Positions 10,340 to 19,484 of a stretch of DNA of 32,000 bases are shown here, piece by piece. Position 1 is the first letter of the stretch. The number at the start of each line of letters is the position of its first letter. Both the position numbers and the translations under genes were made by a program. The notes under the pieces are model-generated. The model was given only the letters and a program-made list of their open reading frames with translations, ran no database searches and was not told where the DNA came from. Origin of the DNA: Archangium gephyra (GTDB lineage: Bacteria; Myxococcota; Myxococcia; Myxococcales; Myxococcaceae); NCBI GenBank assembly GCA_943370055.1, contig CALRPN020000001.1, positions 31,199-63,198 of the forward strand, in the 5' to 3' direction.

Positions 10340-10914
10340 GCACGTTCGACGACGACATTCAGCGGAACGACACGCTGCGGCTCGGGCTGTACGTCGGGTA
10401 CGTCACCGACCGGAACGACGACGCGCAGTTGGGCCGGGTGCGCGTGTGCATCCCCGGAGTCATCGAGCCTGAGAGTGCGTGGGCCTGGCCGCTCGGTACC
10501 GTCGGCGGAGGAAGCAAGGACCGCGGGTTCTTCGCAGTGCCCGAGAAGCTCGCGGAGGTCGCGGTCTTCTTCAATCAGGGGAAGGAGGACGCGCCGTACT
10601 ACCTCGCCGCGCACTGGGGAAAGCCGGGCGGGGAGAGCGAGGTGCCTGTCGAGGCGCAGCGAAACCCGCCCGACAACCGTGTGTTCGCGACCGAGCACTT
10701 CCGCATCGAACTCGATGAGACGGCGAAGAGCCGGAAGCTGAAGCTCACGAACAAGAAGACCGGAGACGCGCTCACGTTCGACGCCGAGGACAACACGGTC
10801 ACGCTCGAGGCGACGACGGCGCTGACGCTCAAGGCGGTCGGAGCAATATCGATCGACGCGCCGCTCATCACCATCGCAGGCCGAGTCGTTCGGCCAAGCG
10901 CGGATCCGCTGTGA
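10336..10914 (+). CDS. Baseplate spike protein (gpV / Mu gp45 family, OB-fold plus beta-helix)
   Basis: [34 protein letters not shown] is the canonical gpV or gp5 OB-fold N-terminus. The C-terminus has short beta-helix-like repeats. ATGA overlap with the gpD-like gene. Confidence 0.85.
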   Translation: MSTFDDDIQRNDTLRLGLYVGYVTDRNDDAQLGRVRVCIPGVIEPESAWAWPLGTVGGGSKDRGFFAVPEKLAEVAVFFNQGKEDAPYYLAAHWGKPGGESEVPVEAQRNPPDNRVFATEHFRIELDETAKSRKLKLTNKKTGDALTFDAEDNTVTLEATTALTLKAVGAISIDAPLITIAGRVVRPSADPL

Positions 10915-10917
10915 AAC

Positions 10918-11442
10918 TCAACCTGGGTCGTCGCCGTCGCTGTTGGCCTCCGTGAGTTGCGCGCGTTGAGACGGCTCGAGCGCCTTGAGCCAGTCGGCGC
11001 CACGCTCGGCGACCGCCCCCTCGAATTTCGCACCGGCGAAGCCGCAGTCAGTGAAGGCCGAACCGCGAAGGTCGGCCCCTCGCAAGTCGGCGTTCGCAAA
11101 GAGACATCGCTCAAAGACTGAACGTCGCAGGTCTGCATTCTGCAGCGACGCGCTCGAGAAGTTCACGTCGATGAAGTCGTTCCAGCACAGCACTGACTCC
11201 GAGAGGTCGCTGTTCTCGAAGGACGCCTGCTCGATGAGAGACTTGCCGAAGAAGGTCCGAGGGATGCTCAGCGCTGAGTAGTCGCCCTCGCACTTCGTCC
11301 GGAAGAACTCGAAGCCCAGTTCCTCGTCCTCGGTGGCCGGTCGCCGGTCGGGAATGAATGGAGTCCCGTCCTTTCGCTTTGGCGGTTGTTCGCCTCGCGC
11401 CTCCAACAACGACCATGTCTCTGCGATCGTCCGTCGGTTCAT
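10918..11442 (-). CDS. Pentapeptide-repeat protein
   Basis: Consecutive A(D/N)LxG-type pentapeptides run from FENSDLSESVL through FANADLRGADLRGSAFTDCGFAGAKFEGAV. ATG at 11442. The longer 10918-11799 ORF has an implausible Arg/His/Asp-rich N-terminal extension. The stop lies 3 nt from the gpV stop on the opposite strand. Confidence 0.85.
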   Translation of the reverse strand: MNRRTIAETWSLLEARGEQPPKRKDGTPFIPDRRPATEDEELGFEFFRTKCEGDYSALSIPRTFFGKSLIEQASFENSDLSESVLCWNDFIDVNFSSASLQNADLRRSVFERCLFANADLRGADLRGSAFTDCGFAGAKFEGAVAERGADWLKALEPSQRAQLTEANSDGDDPG

Positions 11443-11514
11443 TTGTGGAAGAATAGAGCGGTCGCGAAACACCAACGACCCCGAACTGCACCGAGCTGAG
11501 TCTTTGGGAGCGGC

Positions 11515-12189
11515 GTGGCCCTTCCTCCGCTGACCCGACTTCCTGCGCTTCCGGACCCTCTGACCATGACGCTCCCGGGGGGCGTCACGATGCAGCAGCA
11601 GGACCTCATCAAGGTCATCCAGCCCGCGCTCACGCCGCTGATGCCGGTGTTCAACATCCTCGATGCAGTCATCGCGGTCTTCAACACGGTGAAGGCGATC
11701 CCCGAGTCGCTCGGCCCGCCTCCCGACCCCACGAAGCTCGTGAGCGCCATCGTCGAGATGACGAAGAAGGTCTCGAAGCTGCTCCGCCTCGTGCCGCAAC
11801 TCTCGCTGCCGTACACGATTCTCGGAGTGGTCGACCTCATCCTCGACACGCTTGGGAAGCTGCGCGACCAGCTCGTGTTCCTGGCGCGCTCCGCCCAGCG
11901 CCTTGCGTCGCTCACCCAGCGCGCCGCGGAGCTGAACGACCCTGGCCTCGCTGCGATCGCCGCCTGCGCACGCGCCAACATCGAGCAGGAGGCCGCCAAT
12001 CTCAGCAAAGGCCTCGGCGCGGTGGGGACGCTGCTCGGCATCCTCAGCATCTTCACGTCGATGATCGGCGGTCCGAAGGTGCCCGACATCTCATCCCTGT
12101 CTGGCAAGCCACTCGACGAGGCCGTGAAGCCCCTCGATGACCTCGTGAAAACGCTGCAGCAACTGCGCAGTTCGATCCCGGTGCCCTGA
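11515..12189 (+). CDS. Hypothetical helical protein between spike and gp25-like genes (start uncertain: GTG 11515, ATG 11566 or ATG 11590)
   Basis: The ORF is in phase with the tail operon and its stop overlaps the next start (TGATG at 12187-12191). The sequence is Leu/Ala-rich and predicted helical. I recognise no family. Confidence 0.5.
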   Translation: MALPPLTRLPALPDPLTMTLPGGVTMQQQDLIKVIQPALTPLMPVFNILDAVIAVFNTVKAIPESLGPPPDPTKLVSAIVEMTKKVSKLLRLVPQLSLPYTILGVVDLILDTLGKLRDQLVFLARSAQRLASLTQRAAELNDPGLAAIAACARANIEQEAANLSKGLGAVGTLLGILSIFTSMIGGPKVPDISSLSGKPLDEAVKPLDDLVKTLQQLRSSIPVP

Positions 12190-12563
12190 TGGTGGCGCGC
12201 AACCTGCTCACCCCGTTTCGGCGCGACCGCAAGCGAGACCTCGCAACCGGCGAAGGGGACGCGCTGCTCGCGTCGAAGGTGCGCCAAGTGCTGCTCACCG
12301 AGGGGTCAACGCCGAGGTCCTCCGGTGAACTGCCGTGGCGCACGAACTTCGGAGCCAGTCTCAGCCTTCTCCGGCATCGACCAAACGATGCAGTCCTGCG
12401 TGAACTCGCAAGCGTTCAGGCGCGAGACTCGCTGGCACGCTGGCTACCGATGGCTCGACTTGTCAGCTTCACGGCTGAGCCGGACGGGCCAGTCCTCACA
12501 CTCAAAGTAACGGTTGAGCACGGCCCTACTCGTATGGCGTCCGTTAGCGTCGTCCTGACCTAG
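12189..12563 (+). CDS. Baseplate wedge protein, gpW/gp25 family
   Basis: 124 aa. The GELPWRTNFGASLSLLRHRPND motif is typical of the GPW_gp25 family. Position is between the spike and gpJ. Confidence 0.75.
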   Translation: MVARNLLTPFRRDRKRDLATGEGDALLASKVRQVLLTEGSTPRSSGELPWRTNFGASLSLLRHRPNDAVLRELASVQARDSLARWLPMARLVSFTAEPDGPVLTLKVTVEHGPTRMASVSVVLT

Positions 12564-13273
12564 TAGGGGGCGCTCTCCCGGTAGCACTCCCTGCACAGCG
12601 GCTTCTTCATGGTCGCGGTGATCTCCTTGCCACAGCCATGGCAGTGGCTGTCTTCGTAGTCTGCGTTCGACCACTTCGCCCAAGCTTTGTAGTCGTCAGC
12701 GCAGTAGGGGCGCTCGGCGTTGAAAGGAATTTGCGCGGCGCATCTGATGCAGAATCCTCCTTCCGCCGACGTCTTCTCGGACTTCTTGGTCGACGGTTTG
12801 CCCGGGGAATCGGCCTTGGGCTTCACCCTCTCTAGGGTCGTTACCGCGACAGTGTCGGCGGTGCGTACAATTCGTCTCGCGTCTTCGTAAATCTCGTTGA
12901 ACAGAACTGGGTCGTCTTGGCGGTTGACGAGAATGCCCATCTCCTCGTTGTTCTGCTGGGAGAAGTCGTAGAGGTTCATTGAACCGATGATCGCTCGGTC
13001 TTCGCTCAGGTAGCACTTCGCGTGGAGGTTCTTGCAGAACCCGAGCTGCAGCGACTTCAGCTCGCGGAGTCGCTCCATCTCGTCGGGCAACAATTCATTC
13101 TTTCCGTAAACGATTCGAAACTCGAGCTTGAGCCGATCGCAGTCGACGAGGAAGGAACGGATTCGGTCGTTGAGCTTGAGGTACGGGCTGATGAGGAAGA
13201 TCCGCTCCTTCGCGGACTTGATGAGTCCCTCCAGCTCTGCGGACAAATATGTGGTCGTCAGGAACTTGGCCAT
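12560..13273 (-). CDS. PLD-superfamily (single HKD) nuclease-like protein with C-terminal zinc-ribbon motifs
   Basis: HKD motif NLHAKCYLSEDRAIIGSMNL. The N-terminus IFLISPYL is typical of Nuc or PLD-like domains. The C-terminus has CIRC...C and CHGC...CREC. ATG at 13273. The gene is visibly more A/T-rich than its flanks. Its stop codon overlaps the gp25-like stop on the opposite strand. Confidence 0.85.
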   Translation of the reverse strand: MAKFLTTTYLSAELEGLIKSAKERIFLISPYLKLNDRIRSFLVDCDRLKLEFRIVYGKNELLPDEMERLRELKSLQLGFCKNLHAKCYLSEDRAIIGSMNLYDFSQQNNEEMGILVNRQDDPVLFNEIYEDARRIVRTADTVAVTTLERVKPKADSPGKPSTKKSEKTSAEGGFCIRCAAQIPFNAERPYCADDYKAWAKWSNADYEDSHCHGCGKEITATMKKPLCRECYRESAPY

Positions 13274-13315
13274 GATGGACGCGACCTCATCACGCCGAGG
13301 ACGTTCGCTCCATGA

Positions 13316-14869
13316 TTGAGAGCGATGGTCCCGACACATGATCGGGGAGTGCTTTGCCAATCGGTGGCCGCGCTCCCTTCATCTGTCGACTTCACCGACA
13401 AGGACTTCGATTCGCTGCGCGCGCGGCTCATCGCGCTGCTGAAGAGCGTCTTCCCTGACTGGACCGACTTCGACGTTGCGAGCTTCGGCAACCTGCTCGT
13501 CGAGATGTTCGCCTTCGTCGGCGACGTGCTGACCTTCTACCAGGACAACCTCGCGCGGGAGTCGCGGCTCGTCACGGCCACGCAGCGCAAGAACGTCATG
13601 GCCCTGGCGAAGATGCTCGGGTACCGACTAATCGGCGCGCAGCCGGCGACGGCCGAGCTCGAGTTTCAACTCGCACTCCCCGCGCAGGCGCCGGTCACCA
13701 TCCCCGCGGGGACCATCATTCGCACGCAGGAGGTGACCGACCCGGTTCGCTTCCAACTGCTCGCTCCGGTGACTGTCGCCGCAGGGGTGATGCAGGCGAC
13801 GGGCATCGGCGAACACTCGACGACCCAGCGCCAACTCTTCGACGCGCAGGGACTCGCCGACCTCTCGCTGCCCCTCGACTTCGGGCCGTACCTCGACGGC
13901 TCCGCGGTCGTGACGACACCACAGGGTTCCTTCACCGAGGTCGACAGCTTCCTCAACTCCGGCCCGAACGACCGGCACTTCGTCGCCACCGTCGACCAGA
14001 ACGACCTCGCGACGCTCCGCTTCGGCAGCGGCGGGAGCGGCCTCCCACCGACCGGCACCATCTCTGTCATGTACAAGACTGGAGGCGGCTCCACGGGCAA
14101 CGTCGACGCCCAGCGCCTCGTGGTGCTCGAGGGGAACTTCCGCGACGCGAACGGCGGGCTCGTTCAACTCTCGGTGCGCAACCCGCGCTCCGCCTCAGGT
14201 GGAGCCGACCGGCAGAGCATCGCCTCGGCGAAGCTGCTCGCTCCCGAGAGTCTGCGCGCGCTCACGCGAACGGTCGCCCGCGAAGACTTCGAGATCAACG
14301 CCCGCCGCCTCACCGGAGTCGCGCGCGCGTTGATGCTCACCTCGAACGAAGACCTCTCCATCGGAGAGAACACCGGAATCCTCTACGTCGTCCCCCGCGG
14401 CGGAGGGCTCCCCACGCCGGCGCTCAAGGCGCAGGTGCTGCGACAGGTGACCGAGGCGTACCCATGCACGCTGACGTTCCAGGTCGCGGTGCAGGACCCG
14501 GTGTACCGGCGCCTCGACATCTCCGCGCGCGTGTTCCTCCGCCAGGGCGCGAGCCCGAACGTGGTGCGCGACGCGATTCGCGCCAACCTCGCCGCGTGGT
14601 TCCGCGTCACGGAGCCCGACGGCACGCCCAACCCGAACGTCGACTTCGGCTTCAACATCAAGGACGTCGAGGGGAACCCCGTCGGTGAAGTCGCATGGAG
14701 CGACGTCTTCAACGTCATCCGCGACACGCCGGGCGTTCGGAAGATGGGCGACGCGCGGCTCGACCTCGCGCTCAACGGGCTACCAGCCGACGTGAAGCTC
14801 AACGTGCGCGAGTTCCCTGTGCTGGGCACGGTGTCGCTCCGCAACGGCGACACCGGGGAGTTGCTCTGA
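13316..14869 (+). CDS. Baseplate J-like protein (gpJ / Mu gp47 family)
   Basis: [28 protein letters not shown]...[32 protein letters not shown] is the conserved gpJ N-terminus. About 500 aa. The start is uncertain (ATG 13316 or 13325, or GTG 13364). Confidence 0.85.
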   Translation: MRAMVPTHDRGVLCQSVAALPSSVDFTDKDFDSLRARLIALLKSVFPDWTDFDVASFGNLLVEMFAFVGDVLTFYQDNLARESRLVTATQRKNVMALAKMLGYRLIGAQPATAELEFQLALPAQAPVTIPAGTIIRTQEVTDPVRFQLLAPVTVAAGVMQATGIGEHSTTQRQLFDAQGLADLSLPLDFGPYLDGSAVVTTPQGSFTEVDSFLNSGPNDRHFVATVDQNDLATLRFGSGGSGLPPTGTISVMYKTGGGSTGNVDAQRLVVLEGNFRDANGGLVQLSVRNPRSASGGADRQSIASAKLLAPESLRALTRTVAREDFEINARRLTGVARALMLTSNEDLSIGENTGILYVVPRGGGLPTPALKAQVLRQVTEAYPCTLTFQVAVQDPVYRRLDISARVFLRQGASPNVVRDAIRANLAAWFRVTEPDGTPNPNVDFGFNIKDVEGNPVGEVAWSDVFNVIRDTPGVRKMGDARLDLALNGLPADVKLNVREFPVLGTVSLRNGDTGELL

Positions 14870-15327
14870 TGCCGCTCCCCAACCCGACCTTCGCCGACGC
14901 GGGCGCGCTTCCTGGAGAGGCGGCGCGTTGGACCATCACCGCGGTGACGCGCCTCGAAGCCATCGCAGCCTTCGGCGGAGTCGGCCGGGAGGACTTCGAG
15001 CGCTGGAGCGCCTTCTTGGCTTCGCTCGCAGGGCTCACTGTGGTGCGCGCGTTCTTCGGTCGAGACGGGTTCGAGGAGTTCGAGCGTCCGTTCCTCTTCA
15101 TGCTGCCGACGGGCCGTGTGGTGACGTGCTCCTTCAGCGCGCGCGACGTCGAGACCTGGACGCGTCCCTCGTCGTGGCTCGACGACTGGAGCCGTGTCTC
15201 GTCGACGCCAGGACTCACTGAACCGTTCGCGCGGACTGGCTTCGTCGCCGACTGGAGCGGCGTGGGCAGTGCCGCAGCGCCGACCGAGACCTTCTCCGGT
15301 GCGTGGGCACGCGCCGCAACGCTCTGA
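14869..15327 (+). CDS. Hypothetical tail-operon protein
   Basis: ATG overlaps the gpJ stop (TGATG). 152 aa with GC3-rich coding pattern and no recognisable motif. Confidence 0.5.
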   Translation: MPLPNPTFADAGALPGEAARWTITAVTRLEAIAAFGGVGREDFERWSAFLASLAGLTVVRAFFGRDGFEEFERPFLFMLPTGRVVTCSFSARDVETWTRPSSWLDDWSRVSSTPGLTEPFARTGFVADWSGVGSAAAPTETFSGAWARAATL

Positions 15328-15339
15328 CGGGAGGCCCGC

Positions 15340-16035
15340 ATGGCCGAGACGGACTGGACGTACCTCAACAACGGGCTCGACCTCGCGGCGGTGGATCGCG
15401 GCGTGACGGCAGGAATCGCGACGCCACCCGGCGGCGGGAACTTCCTGTTCGGCTTCAACTCCCTCGCGGCCGTGCAAGGAGCGGTCGGCCTGTTCGCGAA
15501 CCTCGCCAGCTTCGCGCCGATGGCGAAGGGCGGTTCGATTCGCGGCTGCCTCCAGCGCGGAGCCGGCGGAGGCCCGACCGGCTTCTCACCGTTCCTCTTC
15601 CTCTGCTGCCAGGGGAACTCGGTCAACGACAGCGCGTACATGCTCGGGCTCTCGGACGATGACCCGCACCGCATCGTGCTCCGCAAGGGAGCCATCGCGG
15701 TGGGGCTGCCAGACGCCGACGGACCGGGCGTGCTGCTCAAGTCTGCGGCGAGCTTCGCGCAGGTGACCTGGGTGCACCTCCGCCTCGACGTCGTCGTGAA
15801 CACGAACGGCGACGTCGTGTTGAAGGTGCTCTCGAATGACCTGGCGGCGCACCCGCTCGGCACGGCTCCCGACTGGCAGCCTGTGGCGGGCATGGTGCAG
15901 TTCATCGACGACCAACTCGGCGTCAACTCGGGCAGTCAGCCGCTCACGTCAGGCCGAGGCGGCTTCGGCATGTCGGTGAAAGACGTCACGCGGCGCGCGT
16001 ACTTCGACCACCTCGAGCTCCTCCGTCAGGTGTGA
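15340..16035 (+). CDS. Hypothetical tail-operon protein, possibly a beta-sandwich (lectin/LamG-like) domain
   Basis: GGAGG precedes the ATG. 231 aa with an alternating beta-strand-like pattern (WVHLRLDVVVNTNGDVVLKV, GGFGMSV). The fold assignment is a guess. Confidence 0.5.
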   Translation: MAETDWTYLNNGLDLAAVDRGVTAGIATPPGGGNFLFGFNSLAAVQGAVGLFANLASFAPMAKGGSIRGCLQRGAGGGPTGFSPFLFLCCQGNSVNDSAYMLGLSDDDPHRIVLRKGAIAVGLPDADGPGVLLKSAASFAQVTWVHLRLDVVVNTNGDVVLKVLSNDLAAHPLGTAPDWQPVAGMVQFIDDQLGVNSGSQPLTSGRGGFGMSVKDVTRRAYFDHLELLRQV

Positions 16036-16038
16036 TGC

Positions 16039-16401
16039 ATGGAGCTGACCGCGTTCACCAGCCGTCTCGGCGAGGGCCAGGGGCGGCTCGGGCCGGGCGT
16101 GTTCGTCCTTGGTGACGATGAGCCAGGCCGGACCTTCGAGCTCGCGCGCGGTGACCACGTCGATGTGACGCAGTTGGTGGACCTGACCGGGGTGACGCTG
16201 GTGCGCACTTCGATGAAGGTGCGAACACCGACACTCTTGCCGCCAGGATTCGCGTGGGAGGTCTCCATCGTCGTCGATGGCGTGAAGTCCGCGGGAGTCA
16301 CCCTCCGCCTAGGGACTAAGCGCTCTCTCGAGGACCTCGCCGCGAACGTGTCGAAGCTGGCAGGACCGCACACGGTCGGCGTTCGCCTCGAGCTCGTCTG
16401 A
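16039..16401 (+). CDS. Hypothetical tail-operon protein
   Basis: 120-aa ORF tightly packed between neighbours (3-nt gaps). No motif recognised. Confidence 0.45.
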   Translation: MELTAFTSRLGEGQGRLGPGVFVLGDDEPGRTFELARGDHVDVTQLVDLTGVTLVRTSMKVRTPTLLPPGFAWEVSIVVDGVKSAGVTLRLGTKRSLEDLAANVSKLAGPHTVGVRLELV

Positions 16402-16404
16402 ACC

Positions 16405-17718
16405 ATGGCGACTATCGAGCTGCCACGGGTGCAGGTGCAGTCGGTCACGCTCATCACGAGAGTGGCGCGTCCGCTGCTCATCAACCGCGACCCTTCGCCT
16501 GGTGAGGTGGGCGTTCCAATCGATTCGCCGCTCACGCTCGAGCTCGTCGACCCGGGCGCCGCCGGCATCGACACGAGCGCCACACGCATCTGGGTCGACG
16601 GGGTGCGCGCCTTCGATGGTGCGCCGGTGCCGCCGTTCGCTGCGGCGGTCACGCAGTCGTCCGACAGCCTCCGCGTGGTCGTCACGACAGCCACTCCGTT
16701 CGGCAGCCTCGCGCGAGTCACGGTGCGAGTCGCCTCGAGAACGATCGGAGGCGTTCACTCGATCGATGAGACGTACGCCTTCACCGTTGAAGACCGGGTG
16801 GCGCCGCGGCTGGCGAGCGCGCAGGCGATCTCCCAGAAGCAGGTTCGCCTCGTATTCGACGAACTCGTGGAAGCCTCAGCGGCAACGGTCCTCGTGACTC
16901 CCGTCGGCACTCCGGCGGTGCCCGTCAGCGCGGTCGGAGTCGTGAGCCAGGCCAACCGACTGACTGTCGCGCTCGATGTCGAGATGTCTCCCGACGTCGA
17001 GCACGAGGTGCAGGTGGTCGGCGTGACCGACCTCTCGGGGAACGCGGTGCTGCGGCCGTTCGACAAGGCGCGCTTCAAGGGCTTCAGACCTGCGCGGCCG
17101 GCGTCGCGACGGTTCGACCTCTGGCAGATGCTCCCGAAGCACAACCGCCGCGACGACACGACCGGAGATCTTCTTCGATTCATCTCGTGCCTGCAGGAGG
17201 TGACGGACCTCCTGCTCGCCGACCTCGACCGCTGGCCCGACATCTTCGACCTCGAGCGGGCTCCCGAACCGTTCCTCGACCTCATCCTTCAGGACCTGGG
17301 CAACCCGTTCCCGTTCGACCTCGACGTGAGGGGCAAGCGCCGGCTCGCGGCCGTGCTCGTCGAGATGTACCGCCAGAAGGGAACCGCGCAGGGCATCAAG
17401 AACGCGGTGCGCTTCTTCATCGGCATCGACATCGTGGCCATCACCGCGTTCAACGCTGACACGCTCGTGCTCGGCGAGTCACTGCTCGGAGTTGACTGGG
17501 TGCTTGGCCCCTCGGACCGCTTTGCGAAGTACGCGTTCAACGTCGTCGTCGCGCGCATCCTCACGCCGACCGAGCGAAAGCACCTGCGCGCCATCGTCGA
17601 GTACCTGAAGCCGGCGCACACGCACTTCGTCGACCTCGTCGAGCCGTTCCCGCCCATCATCCCCGACCACTGGGAACTGGGCCTCAGCGAGCTGGGTGAG
17701 CGCACCGACCTTCACTGA
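16405..17718 (+). CDS. Tail protein I-like baseplate protein (P2 gpI / Mu gp48 family) with N-terminal bacterial Ig-like domains
   Basis: The C-terminal half [13 protein letters not shown]...[10 protein letters not shown]...[21 protein letters not shown]...[28 protein letters not shown] matches the gpI family signature. The N-terminal ~230 aa has two SbsA/Big_5-like segments ([20 protein letters not shown]; [24 protein letters not shown]). Confidence 0.75.
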   Translation: MATIELPRVQVQSVTLITRVARPLLINRDPSPGEVGVPIDSPLTLELVDPGAAGIDTSATRIWVDGVRAFDGAPVPPFAAAVTQSSDSLRVVVTTATPFGSLARVTVRVASRTIGGVHSIDETYAFTVEDRVAPRLASAQAISQKQVRLVFDELVEASAATVLVTPVGTPAVPVSAVGVVSQANRLTVALDVEMSPDVEHEVQVVGVTDLSGNAVLRPFDKARFKGFRPARPASRRFDLWQMLPKHNRRDDTTGDLLRFISCLQEVTDLLLADLDRWPDIFDLERAPEPFLDLILQDLGNPFPFDLDVRGKRRLAAVLVEMYRQKGTAQGIKNAVRFFIGIDIVAITAFNADTLVLGESLLGVDWVLGPSDRFAKYAFNVVVARILTPTERKHLRAIVEYLKPAHTHFVDLVEPFPPIIPDHWELGLSELGERTDLH

Positions 17719-18374
17719 GACCTGACGGCTGCTGCTTGAGACTTGAAGCGCTCAACCTCCTCCGGCGCGATCTTGATCGCCCAGACGGAGTTCCTCGTGT
17801 GCGCGAGTCGGCCGGTCTCACAGAGCTTGTACACGGTTGCCGTTGAGACCCCGAGTGCGGCCGCGACCTGCTTCACCGAGAGATGCGAGTCTGAAGGTGG
17901 CACCATTCGCGATGCCGTTGTCTGTGGCGCCGTCACCGTCACCTGCGGCTGAGGGGACGCGGATGGCTCTCGCGCTTTGAGGGCGGGCAATTGTTGCGGG
18001 ACGCCGGCTCGATGTGCCGGCCCCAACGCGCTACGGATGCGACTGCTCGTTCCTGCGGGCGCTTGCCGAGCGAACTCCCTGATCGCCGGCGGGTCGAATC
18101 GAACAATGGAGCCGAGGCGTACCGTGGGTATCGTTCCGAGTTCGGCCTGCTTGTAGACCCAGCTGACGGAGACGTTGAGGAATGCGGCGGCCTCTCGAAC
18201 AGTCCACATCCTGTCATCGCGGGCGCTGATGTTCTGCGGAGCGCTCGGGTGTTGAGGCTCGGGGGCCGGGGGGGAAACCGCACGAGGAGTCTCGGCGATC
18301 AGGTGCTCGATGACGTCGACCAACGCCTTCACGAGCGCATCGACTTTCTGGTGGCGGATTTCCTTCTGCGACAT
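17712..18374 (-). CDS. DNA-binding protein with two tandem excisionase/MerR-type HTH domains
   Basis: Two copies of the HTH_17-like pattern: [45 protein letters not shown] and [30 protein letters not shown]...[12 protein letters not shown] at 18374. The rest of the 585-aa ORF is a shadow of the + strand glycosyltransferase. The stop overlaps the gpI-like 3' end by 7 nt. Confidence 0.8.
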   Translation of the reverse strand: MSQKEIRHQKVDALVKALVDVIEHLIAETPRAVSPPAPEPQHPSAPQNISARDDRMWTVREAAAFLNVSVSWVYKQAELGTIPTVRLGSIVRFDPPAIREFARQAPAGTSSRIRSALGPAHRAGVPQQLPALKAREPSASPQPQVTVTAPQTTASRMVPPSDSHLSVKQVAAALGVSTATVYKLCETGRLAHTRNSVWAIKIAPEEVERFKSQAAAVRSQ

Positions 18375-18458
18375 GGGCGACTCCTCGACGGTGTGGTCCC
18401 CAGGAGACACTCGGGCTCGCTTTGCCTCTGCGTGAGCTCTCCCGTTCATTTGCTGCTG

Positions 18459-19484
18459 GTGTACCGAAACGTCGGGCATGCGAACCAGTTGGGCAGCGCG
18501 ATCGGCCTCGGGGTGAACGCGCTTCACTCCGTCCGTGTGCTTCGCCGTGCGGGCGTCGAGGTGGACGCCACGCCGGCGGCCGAACCACCGGACGTGCACA
18601 AGGCGCTCGCCGCACGGCCGACGGTGACTCACTGCGTGCTCGAGGCGCCGTGGGTCAGCCGTGCGCCGATGATCGAACTGCTGCACGCGTTCCCTCACGT
18701 GCACTTCCTCGTGCGGAGCCACTCGCAGATCGCCTTCCTCCAGGTCGAGCCGTCGGCGATTCAACTGCTCCGCGAACTCCTGGTTCTTCAGGAGAACTTC
18801 CTCAACCTCACCGTCGCGGCCAACAGCCTCGAGCTGAAGCACTTCTTCGAGACCGCGTACGGCGGCCACACGCTCTACCTCCCGAACCTCTACGACGTCG
18901 AGCGCGTGCACCGTCGCCGCGGCCGCGAGCACGCTCATCGGCTCCTCCGGATCGGCAGCTTCGGCGCGCTCCGGCTGCTGAAGAACCACACGACGGCCGC
19001 CGCCGCGGCGCTCATGCTTGCGCGCAAGCGCGACTGCGACCTGGAGTTCTCGGTGTCGGTCGAGAACGACACGATGGGCGGAGGCGCGGTGCTCGACGCG
19101 CTTCGGAAGATGTTCACCGGCCTCCGCTGGGCGCGGCTCGTCGAGCACCCGTGGCAGGACTGGGCCACCTTCCGGCGAACCGTCAGCGGAATGGACCTCT
19201 GCCTCCAGGTCTCGATGACCGAGACCTTCAACGTCACGACGGCCGACGCGGTCGCAGAAGGAGTCCCCTCGGTGGTGAGCCCCAGCATCGAGTGGGCGCC
19301 CGACTACTGGAAGGCCGACCCCGACCGCCTCGACGACATCGTGCGCATCGGCGGCGCGCTGCTCTCGTGCCCCGACGCCGCTGAGGACGGGCTGGCCGCG
19401 CTGTCGTGCTTCACCGGGGACGCGGTGCGCCGGTGGCTCGAGTACCTGGCCGGGCCTCCTGCGCGACACGTCCGGGCCGCATAG
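18459..19484 (+). CDS. Glycosyltransferase-like protein (GT-B fold, GT1/GT4-like C-terminal half)
   Basis: RIGSFGALRLLKNH..., then the motif ETFNVTTADAVAEGVPSVVSPS, which resembles the E(x)F(x)...EA.A.G.PVV signature. The start is inferred (GTG 18459 or TTG 18450). The long ORF from 17991 overlaps the HTH gene and is unlikely to be coding there. Confidence 0.6.
   Translation: MYRNVGHANQLGSAIGLGVNALHSVRVLRRAGVEVDATPAAEPPDVHKALAARPTVTHCVLEAPWVSRAPMIELLHAFPHVHFLVRSHSQIAFLQVEPSAIQLLRELLVLQENFLNLTVAANSLELKHFFETAYGGHTLYLPNLYDVERVHRRRGREHAHRLLRIGSFGALRLLKNHTTAAAAALMLARKRDCDLEFSVSVENDTMGGGAVLDALRKMFTGLRWARLVEHPWQDWATFRRTVSGMDLCLQVSMTETFNVTTADAVAEGVPSVVSPSIEWAPDYWKADPDRLDDIVRIGGALLSCPDAAEDGLAALSCFTGDAVRRWLEYLAGPPARHVRAA
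19215..19386 (+). repeat. Direct repeat copy A (inside the intact glycosyltransferase 3' end); partner at 20401-20571
   Basis: Hand alignment gives 15 mismatches and one 1-nt gap over 172 nt. Weaker, mostly protein-level similarity continues to both stop codons (19484 and 20666). Confidence 0.9.

Noticed and set aside
2785-17718. Interpretation as an extracellular contractile injection system (Afp/PVC-like) or a T6SS.
   Set aside because: The gene order chaperone-TMP-gpU-gpX-gpD-gpV-gp25-gpJ-gpI with a TP901-type tape measure is phage P2/Mu-like. The window contains no AAA+ ATPase, no DUF4255/Afp16-like cap, no PAAR, and no TssB/C/K/M-type genes. A tailocin remains possible but cannot be distinguished from a prophage here.
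18375-19469. N-terminal 365 aa of the 585-aa minus-strand ORF 17712-19469.
   Set aside because: Only the last 220 aa, from ATG 18374, show real domain content (two HTH motifs). The remainder is antisense to the glycosyltransferase-like gene and is Arg/Glu/Val-rich shadow sequence.
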